Made by a program: the position numbers and the translations under genes. Positions 49,474 through 61,836 of a stretch of DNA of 64,000 nt are shown piece after piece. The stretch lies in the NCBI GenBank assembly GCA_026417175.1, contig JAOADT010000008.1, positions 6,547 through 70,546 of the forward strand, in the 5' to 3' direction. Below the pieces are notes generated by a model, which worked only from the letters and a program-made list of their open reading frames with translations, ran no database searches and was not told where the DNA came from. This DNA is from Deltaproteobacteria bacterium (GTDB lineage Bacteria > Desulfobacterota > Syntrophorhabdia > Syntrophorhabdales > JANXAF01). The stretch's first letter is position 1. Each line of letters opens with the position of its first letter.

Positions 49474-51186
49474 TCAGAAATTAAATACCGCATCTAATTC
49501 TTCTTCAGATACGTCGAATACAGTATTCAATCCCGGAAGAGCCTCTTTAGAAAAGAACTCTGGTAACCTGTCATCGTTTTTTGTGAAACCCGCCATTTCG
49601 TTAAACTTTCTCTCCATTTTGAGAACATATGAACCAAGTTGCATCAAATAGTCTTCTCCTAAAGGAATACCTGTTATTGCTGACACGCACTCTATAAGCA
49701 CTTTCTGGAGTTCAGGAATATCAAGAACTGGCAATGATGCAAAAAGACAAAGGCCCAAACTATCTATAGCAGCAAAATATCTCTGAAGATAACTTGATAC
49801 AGGACCCTGACCTTCCCGTGATAACGGATTGTACTGTGGATTTTTAGGGCTTGGGAGAGCATTCCCGCAAGTGTGGTCAGCGCCCATTGGAGATGTGGCG
49901 TAAGTTACACCCGTTCCCTTCAGCACTCTTGGATCATATGCCGCAAGGGACTGCCCCTTCACATGGGGTATTCTTTTTACTCCAAGGGTTTTACCGGTAA
50001 TAACACATCCATTTCCTATCATTTTTCCATTCTCTGAGGATTCTCGTATCGCTTCAATGAGTGCATAAGCGGCTTTTGCATCCCCCCAGTTGATTAAACC
50101 ACCCTCCATGGCACACGCTAAAGCAGCACCGACTTCTATCGTATCTAGACCAAGATCGTTGCATAATCGGTTAAGCAGAGCTATTTCATCTAAATTTCCT
50201 ATCATGCAGTTAGAACCAATCATCCCAATTGTTTCGTACTCCAGGCCTGAAACCAGTTCGCGTCCGTTTTCATCTGTGTATATGTTCGAACAACTTATAA
50301 CACATCCATTCATGCATCTATGGCTTTTACTACTATTCGGTCTTTTTTCAAGGATCTGAGCCATCGTTTCTCCTGAGATTCGTTCAGCATGTTCAAATTG
50401 ACCGAAAGAGTAATTCTTGGTGGGGAGAGCTCCGGCGCTGTTTATCATCATCACCAAAAGAGGTGTTCCAAATGATCTGAGTCCTTGAGCCAATGGGTGT
50501 GAAAGAATACCTTTAGAAAGCTCCCCAGTAGCTACCTTTAGTCTTTCGGGGTTAGCGACTTTAACCGGCTCTGTGTTAGAATCATCTAGCACTATGGCTT
50601 TTAAATTCTTTGAACCCATTACAGCACCAAGACCACCGCGGGACGCCATTCTTATTTTGAAGTCAGGAGTGGTAACGCATACGGATGCCGCTTTAAGGCA
50701 CATCTCGCCGGCTGGACCTATGCTAATTATTGATACCTTTTCTCCATAGTGTGACTTAAGTTTCTCTATTAATTCGTAATTACCTACTCCCTTTAATTCA
50801 CCAACTTCTGAAATTTGTGCCCCATTTTTATTCACAACCAAATTTACGAGTTTATTTGCCTTCCCTTCTACTATTATAGCCCTTATCCCGAGACGGGCTA
50901 GCATATGGGAAGCGCCTCCTCCTGAATTGGCCTCCTTTATTGTCCCTGTCAATGGACTTTTTCCTCCTACCGAGATCCTACCATTATTGGGTACCAATGT
51001 ACCAGACAGAATACCGCAGGCAAAAACGAGCTTGTTTTCTTCTCCCAAAGGAGAAGTCGAAGGTGGTACTTCATCATATACGATTTTGGAGGTGAGTCCT
51101 CTACCGCCCAACGTGGCATATTCTTGTGGTAAATCTTCGTATTTAATCTCACCTGATGTGAGATTAACCCTCAATAATTTTCCCAT
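49474..51186 (-). CDS. Aldehyde:ferredoxin oxidoreductase family (W/Mo-pterin)
   Basis: LRVNLT, KSPLTG, IGPAGE, RGGLGAVMGSKNLKA, CxxxCxxxC, EYET, GLDTI and DDRLP motifs; promoter TTGCGC-N17-TAAAAT at 51252-51224. Confidence 0.93.
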   Translation of the reverse strand: MGKLLRVNLTSGEIKYEDLPQEYATLGGRGLTSKIVYDEVPPSTSPLGEENKLVFACGILSGTLVPNNGRISVGGKSPLTGTIKEANSGGGASHMLARLGIRAIIVEGKANKLVNLVVNKNGAQISEVGELKGVGNYELIEKLKSHYGEKVSIISIGPAGEMCLKAASVCVTTPDFKIRMASRGGLGAVMGSKNLKAIVLDDSNTEPVKVANPERLKVATGELSKGILSHPLAQGLRSFGTPLLVMMINSAGALPTKNYSFGQFEHAERISGETMAQILEKRPNSSKSHRCMNGCVISCSNIYTDENGRELVSGLEYETIGMIGSNCMIGNLDEIALLNRLCNDLGLDTIEVGAALACAMEGGLINWGDAKAAYALIEAIRESSENGKMIGNGCVITGKTLGVKRIPHVKGQSLAAYDPRVLKGTGVTYATSPMGADHTCGNALPSPKNPQYNPLSREGQGPVSSYLQRYFAAIDSLGLCLFASLPVLDIPELQKVLIECVSAITGIPLGEDYLMQLGSYVLKMERKFNEMAGFTKNDDRLPEFFSKEALPGLNTVFDVSEEELDAVFNF

Positions 51187-51321
51187 AAAATACCCCCTTC
51201 TTTTCATTTACTTAATATGCGCTATTTTAGCAAAATTACCCATAAGGCGCAATCTGAGCTTTTGAAAAATTGATTTTTTTTGGTTGAACCAGTTTCTTTC
51301 ATATGATACTGAGTATTTGCA

Positions 51322-53469
51322 ATGCGGTACACAAAGCTAGCCATTTTCATCTACCTTATTTTTTTTCTTTTTATTCTGTATATACAGTTTTTTCGTCTGC
51401 CCATATTTGCAGGAGACACAGACATCTGGTATCACTTAAATTCTGGGAGATATATTCTTGAAAAACTAAAAATTCCAAAGGATAGCTACTTTTCTTTTAT
51501 CACTCCTTCAAGAGAATGGGTAGACTACTATTGGCTATTTCAGGTTGTCGTTTACGGTATCTATTCTATCGGTGAATATTACGGACTTATAATCCTTAGA
51601 GGCATCCTTTTTATACTTGCAACATGGTTCATTTTTCTTTTCCTTTTCGGGAGCAAAAAAGAAGATGGGGAATATCCGTTTCTTACGATGTTTTTCATAT
51701 ATATGGTCGTCCTTCTATATTCTAGATACACACTCCTTAGACCGCACGATTTTTCTTATCTATTTCTGGTCTTGTTTCTTTACATCCTTGAATTAAAGAA
51801 ATCACATGTTAAATATCTTCCCATACTGGGTGTGGCTTGGGCAAATATTCACGGGGTTGTATATCCCGTGATGGTCTTCATTGTGATCATATATGTTTTA
51901 GATCTCATGTACGAAAAAAGAAAAAACCGTCTTTCCGTCGGCAGAGAAGATATACCCTATGTACTACCCCTTCTTTTAACTGCAACAACTCCTTTTTTTA
52001 CTCCACATTTCACTAAACTTATGGTCATGCCTTTTGTACCAATATCATTTGCAAAGCATTATATACAGGAGCTTTCGACCTTTTCCTTTTTAGATTTTAC
52101 CTCACTCCGGATAGAAGGTTTCCTAGTTTCCTACCAGACAGTAGTTCTTATTCTCCTATTTCTAACATTGATGTCTTTTGTTTATGGACTCTTACAAAAA
52201 ACTGTTAGAGCGAGGCACATAGTAATCCTCTTTGCAGGTCTCATGCTTTTAGCTAAAGGTAAAAGATTTGCCCATGAGTGTTTCATTCTCGCTATTCCGC
52301 TTATTAGGTCATCGGCAGTTCCTATTTCCTTTGAGGGCCTAAAGAAGGAGTCTTTTAGGATTATAGCCCTTGCGGTTTTTCTTATCCTTCTTATTATCCC
52401 ACCTATGCACTTCAAAAAAATTTTTGGGTCATTTCCCAGGTATCCTTTTTCTTTTAAGAACCTCCCTCATGGAATCACCCTCTTCTTGAGAGAAATAGAC
52501 GCAGGAGGCTATGTACTTAACCACCCTAATCCAGGTGGTTACTTACAGTGGATGCTATATCCAAAATACAAGATATTTATGGATATGCAAATTCCTTTTC
52601 TTTTCATGAACGAAGATATGTTTGTTGCTTTAAGGATTTTCAATTTTTTTGATCAGCAAGTCACCGATGATTTATTAAAGACATACGAACCTTCGTTCAT
52701 AATAGCTTCGATTCAAAGCGGGGGTTTTAAGGACCTTATGAGGAAATTTCAGGATTATAGAATCGTTTTTTTTGACGATTATTACGTACTATATGTAAAT
52801 AGAAAACATTACCCTGAACTAGTTAAAAAATTCGAGCTAAAAAAATTGGACCCTTACAATCTGGTAAATCTTCCCCTTGAATCGGAAGAAAGTGAGACCA
52901 TAAAATCAGAGTTTGAAAATATACTGAGATTCCATCCCGAATGCGGAGTTGCAAACGAATATCTCTCGCGCTTGTATCTAAAGAAAAACGAGCTTGAAAA
53001 AGCCTTAATCCATGCTGAAAAACTGATAGAGGCCTATCCTGATTCTCCTCAAGGTTTTATGTTAAAGGGTGAGATACTTAAAGAGATGAAATCTTATAAA
53101 AGAGCTTTAGTTTATTTAGAACGGGCTTTCAAATTGAGTCAAACAGCGGAAATTGCTTTTAAGATGGGAAGGATTTACTTTGAAATGGGTGATTACGAGC
53201 GTGCGTACAACTTAATGGTAAAATCCATAAATGTCTTTGCACCGTTTACTAGCTACAGAGAACTTTACTACGTAATAAAATCAGCAATTCTTTCGAATCG
53301 ATTGAGGGAGGCTACTATACTCTTCGATTACGGTATGAGAATGATCCCAAAAACAGATAAGGAGTATCTGAAAAAATATATAGAACTCATGCCTTACATT
53401 AGTTCCCACCTTCAAGAAAGCATGCAACTTTATGCCCGTCCGTCCCGAAAAGCACAGGCTGATCGCTAA
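51322..53469 (+). CDS. Multi-pass membrane protein (GT-C-like) with C-terminal TPR repeats
   Basis: DTDIWYHLNSGRYI after TM1, RP and WANIHG motifs, about 11 TMs, GGYLQW, then TPR-like helices. Confidence 0.65.
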   Translation: MRYTKLAIFIYLIFFLFILYIQFFRLPIFAGDTDIWYHLNSGRYILEKLKIPKDSYFSFITPSREWVDYYWLFQVVVYGIYSIGEYYGLIILRGILFILATWFIFLFLFGSKKEDGEYPFLTMFFIYMVVLLYSRYTLLRPHDFSYLFLVLFLYILELKKSHVKYLPILGVAWANIHGVVYPVMVFIVIIYVLDLMYEKRKNRLSVGREDIPYVLPLLLTATTPFFTPHFTKLMVMPFVPISFAKHYIQELSTFSFLDFTSLRIEGFLVSYQTVVLILLFLTLMSFVYGLLQKTVRARHIVILFAGLMLLAKGKRFAHECFILAIPLIRSSAVPISFEGLKKESFRIIALAVFLILLIIPPMHFKKIFGSFPRYPFSFKNLPHGITLFLREIDAGGYVLNHPNPGGYLQWMLYPKYKIFMDMQIPFLFMNEDMFVALRIFNFFDQQVTDDLLKTYEPSFIIASIQSGGFKDLMRKFQDYRIVFFDDYYVLYVNRKHYPELVKKFELKKLDPYNLVNLPLESEESETIKSEFENILRFHPECGVANEYLSRLYLKKNELEKALIHAEKLIEAYPDSPQGFMLKGEILKEMKSYKRALVYLERAFKLSQTAEIAFKMGRIYFEMGDYERAYNLMVKSINVFAPFTSYRELYYVIKSAILSNRLREATILFDYGMRMIPKTDKEYLKKYIELMPYISSHLQESMQLYARPSRKAQADR

Positions 53470-54325
53470 TACAACGTTTTATCCTGTATGGACATTTCTG
53501 GTAGTAAACGCAACTTGCTCCCTCTCCACTTTCTATTTTTACAGGCATGGGCTCTCCTTTTGAATAGGCTATAAGCATTCTAGTGTAAGGGTGCAGTGGA
53601 TTTGAGAATATCTCATCCCTCCCCCCCTCTTCTAAAACCTTACCCTTAAACATGACAATTATTCTTTCGGAAACAAACCTCACCACATTTAAATCATGGG
53701 AGATAAAAATCATCGAAAGCCTATTCTTTTTCTTTACTTCGAGCAAAAGACTCAATATCTGAGCCTGAATTGAAACATCAAGGGAGGACACAGGCTCATC
53801 CGCAACAAGAAGAGATGGTTCGGTAGCGAGTGCTCTTGCTATGGCTATCCTTTGTCTTTGTCCACCGCTCATCTCATGGGGATACTTGTACATAAAACTT
53901 ACATCAAGTCCCACACTCATGAGTATGCCTGTGACTCTTTCCTTAATCCTTTCCTTTTGTTCCAGGGAGAAATTCAAAATTGGTTCAGAAATTATATCTA
54001 TTACTCTTTTCCTAGGGTTAAGAGAAGAGTACGGATCCTGAAAAACGATCTGAACTTCCTTCCGTAAAGACTTAAAATCTTTGCCTTTCAATTTGAGTAT
54101 ATCGATCCCCTTGAATCTTATAGAACCTGAATCCGGCCTCTCCAGCAAAAGAATACATCTGGCTAATGTACTTTTTCCTGACCCGCTTTCCCCAACCACA
54201 CCTAAAGTTTCACCATCTTTCAGCTCGAAGGAAACAGAATCAAGTGCCTTTATTTTTGTACTTGATATTGCAAAAACGCTTTTTTTTACTTCGTATATCT
54301 TACTTAGGTTCCGTACAGAAAGCAT
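53399..54325 (-). CDS. Peptide ABC transporter ATP-binding protein (OppF/AppF-like)
   Basis: [25 protein letters not shown] and a Cys-rich C-terminus. Confidence 0.92.
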   Translation of the reverse strand: MLSVRNLSKIYEVKKSVFAISSTKIKALDSVSFELKDGETLGVVGESGSGKSTLARCILLLERPDSGSIRFKGIDILKLKGKDFKSLRKEVQIVFQDPYSSLNPRKRVIDIISEPILNFSLEQKERIKERVTGILMSVGLDVSFMYKYPHEMSGGQRQRIAIARALATEPSLLVADEPVSSLDVSIQAQILSLLLEVKKKNRLSMIFISHDLNVVRFVSERIIVMFKGKVLEEGGRDEIFSNPLHPYTRMLIAYSKGEPMPVKIESGEGASCVYYQKCPYRIKRCISDQPVLFGTDGHKVACFLEGGN

Positions 54326-55254
54326 CTCACATATCCCTCGTTATCTGTTTTTACAAATTTTGGTTCTTCTTTGATACATACGTCCATTACATAGTCACAT
54401 CTTGGATGAAACTTACATCCACTAGGGATATTTCTGAGATCAGGTACAGTGCCCTTTATCGGTTTGAGTTCATCACCTCTTATCAAAGCTGAACTCAAAA
54501 GTCCTTGACTATACGGATGAAGGGGACGCTCAAAAAATATATCTTTTTTCTGCTCCTCTATCAATCTTCCCAGATACATAATCCCAACTCTTGTACAAAG
54601 TCGTTCCACTATATGGAGGTTATGGGTGATAAAAATCATTGCCATGTTTCTCTGTTTTACAAGCTTCAAAAGGAGATTCAAAATTTCCCATTCAGAGGCT
54701 ACATCTAGAGCAGTTGTAGGCTCATCACAAATTATCAGTTTGGGGTTCAGGGCTATTGCCATACTAATGAGAACTCTCTGTCTTTGACCTCCGCTTAGTT
54801 GGTGGGGATATTGATGATACCTCCTTTCTGGATCCTCAAACCCAACCTCTTTTAGGAGTTCTATTACCCTGTCTTTTACCTCTTTTTTCTTGAGTTTAAG
54901 TTGAACTTCTAGCATTTCTCCTATCTGTTCCCCGATTTTAAGGACCGGGTTTAAAGATGTCATAGGTTCTTGAAAGACAATCGAAATTTCCCCTCCCCTT
55001 ATTTGTCTCATTTCCTTTTCGGGGATTGAAAGCAAGTTTGCTCCCGAAAAAAAAATAGAACCTTTTATGTGGAAATTGCTTCCCAGAAGCCTAAGTATGG
55101 AAAGAGCAGTCACTGTTTTACCACATCCACTTTCCCCACAAAGACCATAAATTTCCCCTTTACGAATAGAAAAACTGAGCCCAGATATGATATCAACGTA
55201 TCCACCTTCCGTTAAGACAGAAACTGAAAGATCTTCAATCTCAAGGAGCTTCAT
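54304..55254 (-). CDS. Peptide ABC transporter ATP-binding protein (OppD/AppD-like)
   Basis: [28 protein letters not shown] and GCKFHPRC motifs; start set at ATG 55254 (MKLLEIEDL). Confidence 0.92.
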   Translation of the reverse strand: MKLLEIEDLSVSVLTEGGYVDIISGLSFSIRKGEIYGLCGESGCGKTVTALSILRLLGSNFHIKGSIFFSGANLLSIPEKEMRQIRGGEISIVFQEPMTSLNPVLKIGEQIGEMLEVQLKLKKKEVKDRVIELLKEVGFEDPERRYHQYPHQLSGGQRQRVLISMAIALNPKLIICDEPTTALDVASEWEILNLLLKLVKQRNMAMIFITHNLHIVERLCTRVGIMYLGRLIEEQKKDIFFERPLHPYSQGLLSSALIRGDELKPIKGTVPDLRNIPSGCKFHPRCDYVMDVCIKEEPKFVKTDNEGYVRCFLYGT

Positions 55255-55351
55255 ATAAGCTTTTTTTGAATTGATTATTTCGGTCCTATGAATTATACTA
55301 CTTGAAAAGAAAATGACAAGTCTTTTTATTGCGCTTTTTCTTACCTCGTAA

Positions 55352-56853
<1,502 letters not shown>

Positions 56854-56854
<1 letters not shown>

Positions 56855-58398
56855 TGGACTATCATAAGGAAGTTGTTCTTATTCTTGATTTTGGTTCTCA
56901 GTACACCCAGCTTATAGCCCGAAAAATAAGGGAACTTGGGGTTTATTGTGAGATACATCCTTATAACATACAAACCAACCAAATAAAATCTTTTAACCCT
57001 ATAGGACTAGTTCTTTCGGGGGGACCTAAAAGCGTAACCGAATCAGATGCTCCAATATGCGATAAAGAGATTTTTCAATTGAACATCCCTATTTTAGGGA
57101 TATGTTATGGACTCCAGTTGATCGCACATTTTTTCGGCGGGGAAGTCGAAAAAGCTAATAGAGCTGAATACGGAAAAACAAAGATGATAGTTGAGAAACC
57201 TGATCCACTTTTCTACGCAGTTGATGGTGAAACAAGGGTCTGGATGAGCCATAAAGATAGGGTTATAAAAATGCCGGAAGGTTTCATAGGTTTAGCACGG
57301 TCCGAAAACTCACCTCATGCAGCTATTAGATCAAAAGAAAAGCCAATATATGGTGTTCAATTCCATCCGGAGGTACATCACACAGAAAAGGGAAAGGAGA
57401 TTTTAAAAAATTTTCTTTTCCGTATTTGTGAGGCGAAAGGATTATACAGTCCTAAATCGTTTATAGAAGAATCCGTAAAAAAAATAAGAGATGAGGTTGG
57501 AGATGAGAAAGTCATCTGTGCTCTAAGCGGAGGGGTTGACTCATCATGCGTTGCAGCTTTAATGCACAAAGCAATAGGTGAAAATCTTTACTGTTTCTTT
57601 GTAAATAATGGACTTTTGAGAAAAAACGAGGTAAACGAAGTCCTAGAAGCCTTCAGTGGAAGGCTAAATATAAAGGTAAATTACATAAATAAAGAGGACG
57701 AATTTCTTAGCAGACTAAAAGGTGTAAAGGATCCAGAAAAGAAGAGAAAGATCATAGGTAGACTCTTTATCAAAGCGTTTGAGGAAGAGGCAAAAAAAAT
57801 AGGAGATATAAAATATTTAGCACAAGGTACCCTTTATCCTGATGTAATAGAAAGTACTTCCTATAAAGGTCCTTCTGCCACCATAAAAACACACCATAAT
57901 GTAGGTGGTCTCCCAAAGAGAATGAAATTTAAGCTCATCGAACCATTGAAAGAACTGTTTAAAGATGAGGTCAGAAAAGTGGGTAGAATCCTTGGGCTAC
58001 CAGACTACATAGTGGACAGACAGCCTTTTCCCGGTCCAGGACTCGCAGTACGAATAGTAGGTGAAGTAACAAAGGAGAGATTAGAAATTTTAAGAGAGGC
58101 TGATGCAATAGTAAGAGAGGAGATTGAAAAAAACCCGAAGTTTCGACATCTTTGGCAATCCTTTGCGGTACTCCTTCCCATAAAGACAGTTGGTGTTATG
58201 GGTGATGAAAGGACTTACGCGTATGTCATAGCAATAAGAGCGGTAGAAAGTGTGGATGCGATGACTGCTGATTGGGCTAGGATTCCACAAGAAACCCTGG
58301 ATCATATTGCTCGCCGGATAATAAATGAAGTTCATGGGGTAAACAGGGTAGTCTACGACATCACTTCAAAGCCTCCAGGAACAATAGAATGGGAATGA
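56854..58398 (+). CDS. guaA: GMP synthase (glutamine-hydrolysing)
   Basis: DFGSQY, GICYG, QFHPE, SGGVDS and KPPGTIEWE motifs; TAATG overlap with guaB. Confidence 0.98.
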
Positions 58399-58404
58399 GC
58401 TAAG

Positions 58405-61400
58405 ATGAGTAAATTTGTTCATTTGCATCTCCACTCTCAGTATAGTCTCCTTGACGGAGCAATAAGGTTTGAACAGTTATTTGCTCTCATGAGATCATTT
58501 GGTATGAAATCCTGTGCAGTTACAGATCACGGATCAATGTTTGGAGCAGCGGAATTCTACTTCCAAGCCATGGAAAATGGTATTAAACCTATAATAGGGT
58601 GCGAGGTTTACCTAGCCCCAAAATCCAGATTCGAACAAAAAAAGGCAAGGGGAGAGGAGAATGCGTATCACCTTGTTCTTCTTGCTATGGATAATGAGGG
58701 TTACAGAAATTTAATAAAACTGGTTACACTTGCCCAGTTTGAGGGATTTTACTATGTTCCTCGTATAGATAAGGAACTTTTGAATGAATACAAAAAAGGG
58801 CTTATATGCTTGAGTGCCTGTCTTAAGGGCGAAATACCCTATCTCATCTTAAAAGGAGACGAAAAGCCTTTAAAAAAGGCCATTGAGGATTATTTATCAA
58901 TCTTTGGGAGACACTTCTTCTTTGAAATTCAGGATAACGGGCTTGAAGAACAGAAAAAAGTCAATGATACATTAATAAGGCTTTCTAAGTATTACGGAAT
59001 CCCCTTAGTTGCCACTAACGATTGCCATTACTTAAGGCGGGAAGAGTCTAAAGCCCACGAGATACTTCTCTGTATTCAAACTGGAAAAAAAATATCAGAT
59101 AGGGACAGATTGTCATTCAAAACAGACGAATTCTACTTTAAGTCTTCAGAAGAAATGGAAAAATCATTTTCAAACTGTGAAGAAGCGGTAAAAAATACGA
59201 TTTTAATTTCGGACATGTGTAATGTGCAGATAGATTCTGGAACTTATCACTTTCCAGATTTTAAGATTTCTTTCCCGATAACGCTGGAGCAATACTTTGA
59301 GGATCTATGTAGAAAGGGATTTGAAAAGAGAATCGAAGTAATAAGGAAAAACTATGAAAACTTTACTGAAGAGATACTTCAAAGATACAAAGATAGACTA
59401 AATTACGAAATAGACGTTATAAAGAGGACCGGTTTCGTTGGATATTTTCTCATTGTTTCAGATTTTATAGACTTTGCAAAAAAGAACGGTATCCCTGTTG
59501 GCCCTGGAAGAGGCTCAGCAGCTGGTAGTCTCGTTGCTTATTCACTTGGAATAACGGATATCGATCCAATAAGATACGATTTGATATTTGAAAGGTTCTT
59601 GAATCCTGAAAGAATAAGTCCTCCTGACATCGATGTCGATTTTTGCATGGAAGGTAGAGAAAAGGTGATCCAATACGTTATGGATAAGTATGGGAGAGAA
59701 AATGTTGCCCAGATAATCACCTTTGGGACAATGCAGTCGAGAGCGGCAATACGGGATGTAGGTAGAGCGCTCGGGCTATCGTACGGAGAGGTCGACAAAA
59801 TAGCAAAACTCGTTCCTCCCTTTACGAAAAGTATAGAAATTGCGTTATCAGAAGAACCGAATCTAAAGGAACTTTATAACAGGGATGAAAGGATAAAGGA
59901 ATTAATAGACACAGCCATATCGTTGGAAGGACTCGCAAGGCATGCTTCAACCCACGCTGCAGGAATAGTCATATCAAACAAACCACTCACCGAGTATCTT
60001 CCTTTATACAGGGGTACCAATGGTGAAACTGTTACTCAGTACCCCATGAAAATGATAGAAAAGATAGGTCTTGTAAAGTTTGACTTTCTCGGTCTCAAAA
60101 CTTTGACGATCATAGACACTATAATAAAAATGCTTAAACAGGATGGAATAGAGCTTGACATCTCTAAGATTCCTCTGGATGACAAAAAAACGTACGAAAT
60201 TCTCTCTTCGGGAAACACTTCTGGTGTGTTCCAGCTAGAAAGTAGGGGAATGAAAGAACTTCTTGTCAGATTAAAACCTTCAAAGTTTGAAGATATAATA
60301 GCTCTCATAGCCCTTTACCGACCTGGACCGCTAACAAGCGGTATGATAGACGAATTCATAAAAAGAAAAAATAATCCATCCCTTGTAACTTACGAGATTG
60401 AGGCTTTAAGGGACATACTCGGAGATACATACGGGGTCATAGTTTACCAAGAACAGATTATGAAAATAGCCTCAAGACTTGCAGGATTTTCTATGAAAGA
60501 GGCCGATGCCTTGAGAAAAGCCATAAGTAAGAAAATCCCTGAAGAATTAATAAAATACAGAGAGACTTTTGTTGAAGGATGCGTAAGAAATGGAGTACAG
60601 AAGGAAACTGCAGAGAAGATATATGAAGTAATTTTAAGGTTTGGAGAATATGGCTTCAACAAGTCGCACAGTGCAGCCTATGCACTTGTTGCGTATGAGA
60701 CGGCCTATCTTAAAGCCCATTATCCTGTTTATTTCATGGCAGCTCTTCTCACTAACGAAGTAAATAATACAGATAATATGGTTAAATATGTAACCGAATG
60801 TAGAGAACAGGGAATCACAGTTTTGCCACCTGACATAAATGAAAGTGATAGATCTTTTACAGTTAAAGATGGAAAGATAAGATACGGACTTTCAGGAATA
60901 AAGAATGTAGGGGATGCCGCTATAGAAAATATTCTTGAGGTGAGAAATAAGGTCGGTCGCTTTGATTCTTTGACACAGTTTCTTTTTCTTGTGGACTCCA
61001 GAAAGATAAATAAAAAGGTTTTAGAAAGTCTCGCAAAGGCAGGATGTTTCGATTCTTTTGGCTTGAAAAGATCTCAGATCCTTCAAATGATAGCCCAAAG
61101 AGCCGAGTTTACACAGAAAGAAGAGAAAAAACAGAAACAGCCTTCAATTTTCGGTGAATTGCATGACTTTCAGGACATATCAATACCTGAAATGGCGGAA
61201 CTTTCTAGGGAGGAGATAGTTCTCGGCGAAAAGGAAGCCTTCGGTTTTTATTTTTCTGAACATCCTTTATCTTATTATAACGAGGTTATCGCCCGTATTA
61301 CCCCTCACGATTCACAGAACATAAAGGAGCTCGAAATAGACGAAGATATTAAAATTGTTGGTATAGTTAATACCCTAAAGGAAGTAAAGACGAAAAAAGG

Positions 61401-61836
61401 TGAAAAAATGGCCTATCTAACACTTGAGGATACCAAGGGAATCGTGGAGGTTATCGTATTCCCCGATCTACTTCAGAAAGCCTCACATTTATTTAGGGAT
61501 GATAAACCAATTGTCTTGCTCGGAAGCGTAGAAAAGGGAGAAAATGAGGTAGTAAAGATAAGGGCAAAAAATGTCTGGTTGCTTGAAGAAGTGAAAAAAG
61601 AAATTGAAAGAAAGGTACATTTAACGATTGACTGTTCCTCTTTTAAAAAGGATGATTTAAAAAGATTGAAAGAAATCCTTTTAACCGTTAAAGGCTCATG
61701 TGACATGTACCTGCACTTTGTGGAAAATGGAGAAAGGAGGAGCTTGAAAGTCGAAGGGATAAAGATTGACCCTGATAAGGTTGGTATCCTGAAAAAGCAT
61801 TTTCCTGAAGGGATTGCTTACGAGGTCCTGTCATGA
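58405..61836 (+). CDS. dnaE: DNA polymerase III alpha subunit
   Basis: HLHLHSQYSLLDG, PGRGSAAGS, PDIDVDF, KFDFLGL and YGFNKSH motifs. Confidence 0.98.
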   Translation: MSKFVHLHLHSQYSLLDGAIRFEQLFALMRSFGMKSCAVTDHGSMFGAAEFYFQAMENGIKPIIGCEVYLAPKSRFEQKKARGEENAYHLVLLAMDNEGYRNLIKLVTLAQFEGFYYVPRIDKELLNEYKKGLICLSACLKGEIPYLILKGDEKPLKKAIEDYLSIFGRHFFFEIQDNGLEEQKKVNDTLIRLSKYYGIPLVATNDCHYLRREESKAHEILLCIQTGKKISDRDRLSFKTDEFYFKSSEEMEKSFSNCEEAVKNTILISDMCNVQIDSGTYHFPDFKISFPITLEQYFEDLCRKGFEKRIEVIRKNYENFTEEILQRYKDRLNYEIDVIKRTGFVGYFLIVSDFIDFAKKNGIPVGPGRGSAAGSLVAYSLGITDIDPIRYDLIFERFLNPERISPPDIDVDFCMEGREKVIQYVMDKYGRENVAQIITFGTMQSRAAIRDVGRALGLSYGEVDKIAKLVPPFTKSIEIALSEEPNLKELYNRDERIKELIDTAISLEGLARHASTHAAGIVISNKPLTEYLPLYRGTNGETVTQYPMKMIEKIGLVKFDFLGLKTLTIIDTIIKMLKQDGIELDISKIPLDDKKTYEILSSGNTSGVFQLESRGMKELLVRLKPSKFEDIIALIALYRPGPLTSGMIDEFIKRKNNPSLVTYEIEALRDILGDTYGVIVYQEQIMKIASRLAGFSMKEADALRKAISKKIPEELIKYRETFVEGCVRNGVQKETAEKIYEVILRFGEYGFNKSHSAAYALVAYETAYLKAHYPVYFMAALLTNEVNNTDNMVKYVTECREQGITVLPPDINESDRSFTVKDGKIRYGLSGIKNVGDAAIENILEVRNKVGRFDSLTQFLFLVDSRKINKKVLESLAKAGCFDSFGLKRSQILQMIAQRAEFTQKEEKKQKQPSIFGELHDFQDISIPEMAELSREEIVLGEKEAFGFYFSEHPLSYYNEVIARITPHDSQNIKELEIDEDIKIVGIVNTLKEVKTKKGEKMAYLTLEDTKGIVEVIVFPDLLQKASHLFRDDKPIVLLGSVEKGENEVVKIRAKNVWLLEEVKKEIERKVHLTIDCSSFKKDDLKRLKEILLTVKGSCDMYLHFVENGERRSLKVEGIKIDPDKVGILKKHFPEGIAYEVLS

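Noticed and set aside
58405-61836. Inteins or introns in dnaE (also considered for nrdJ and lon)
   Set aside because: Lengths are normal or short, and no splice-junction or homing endonuclease motifs are visible.
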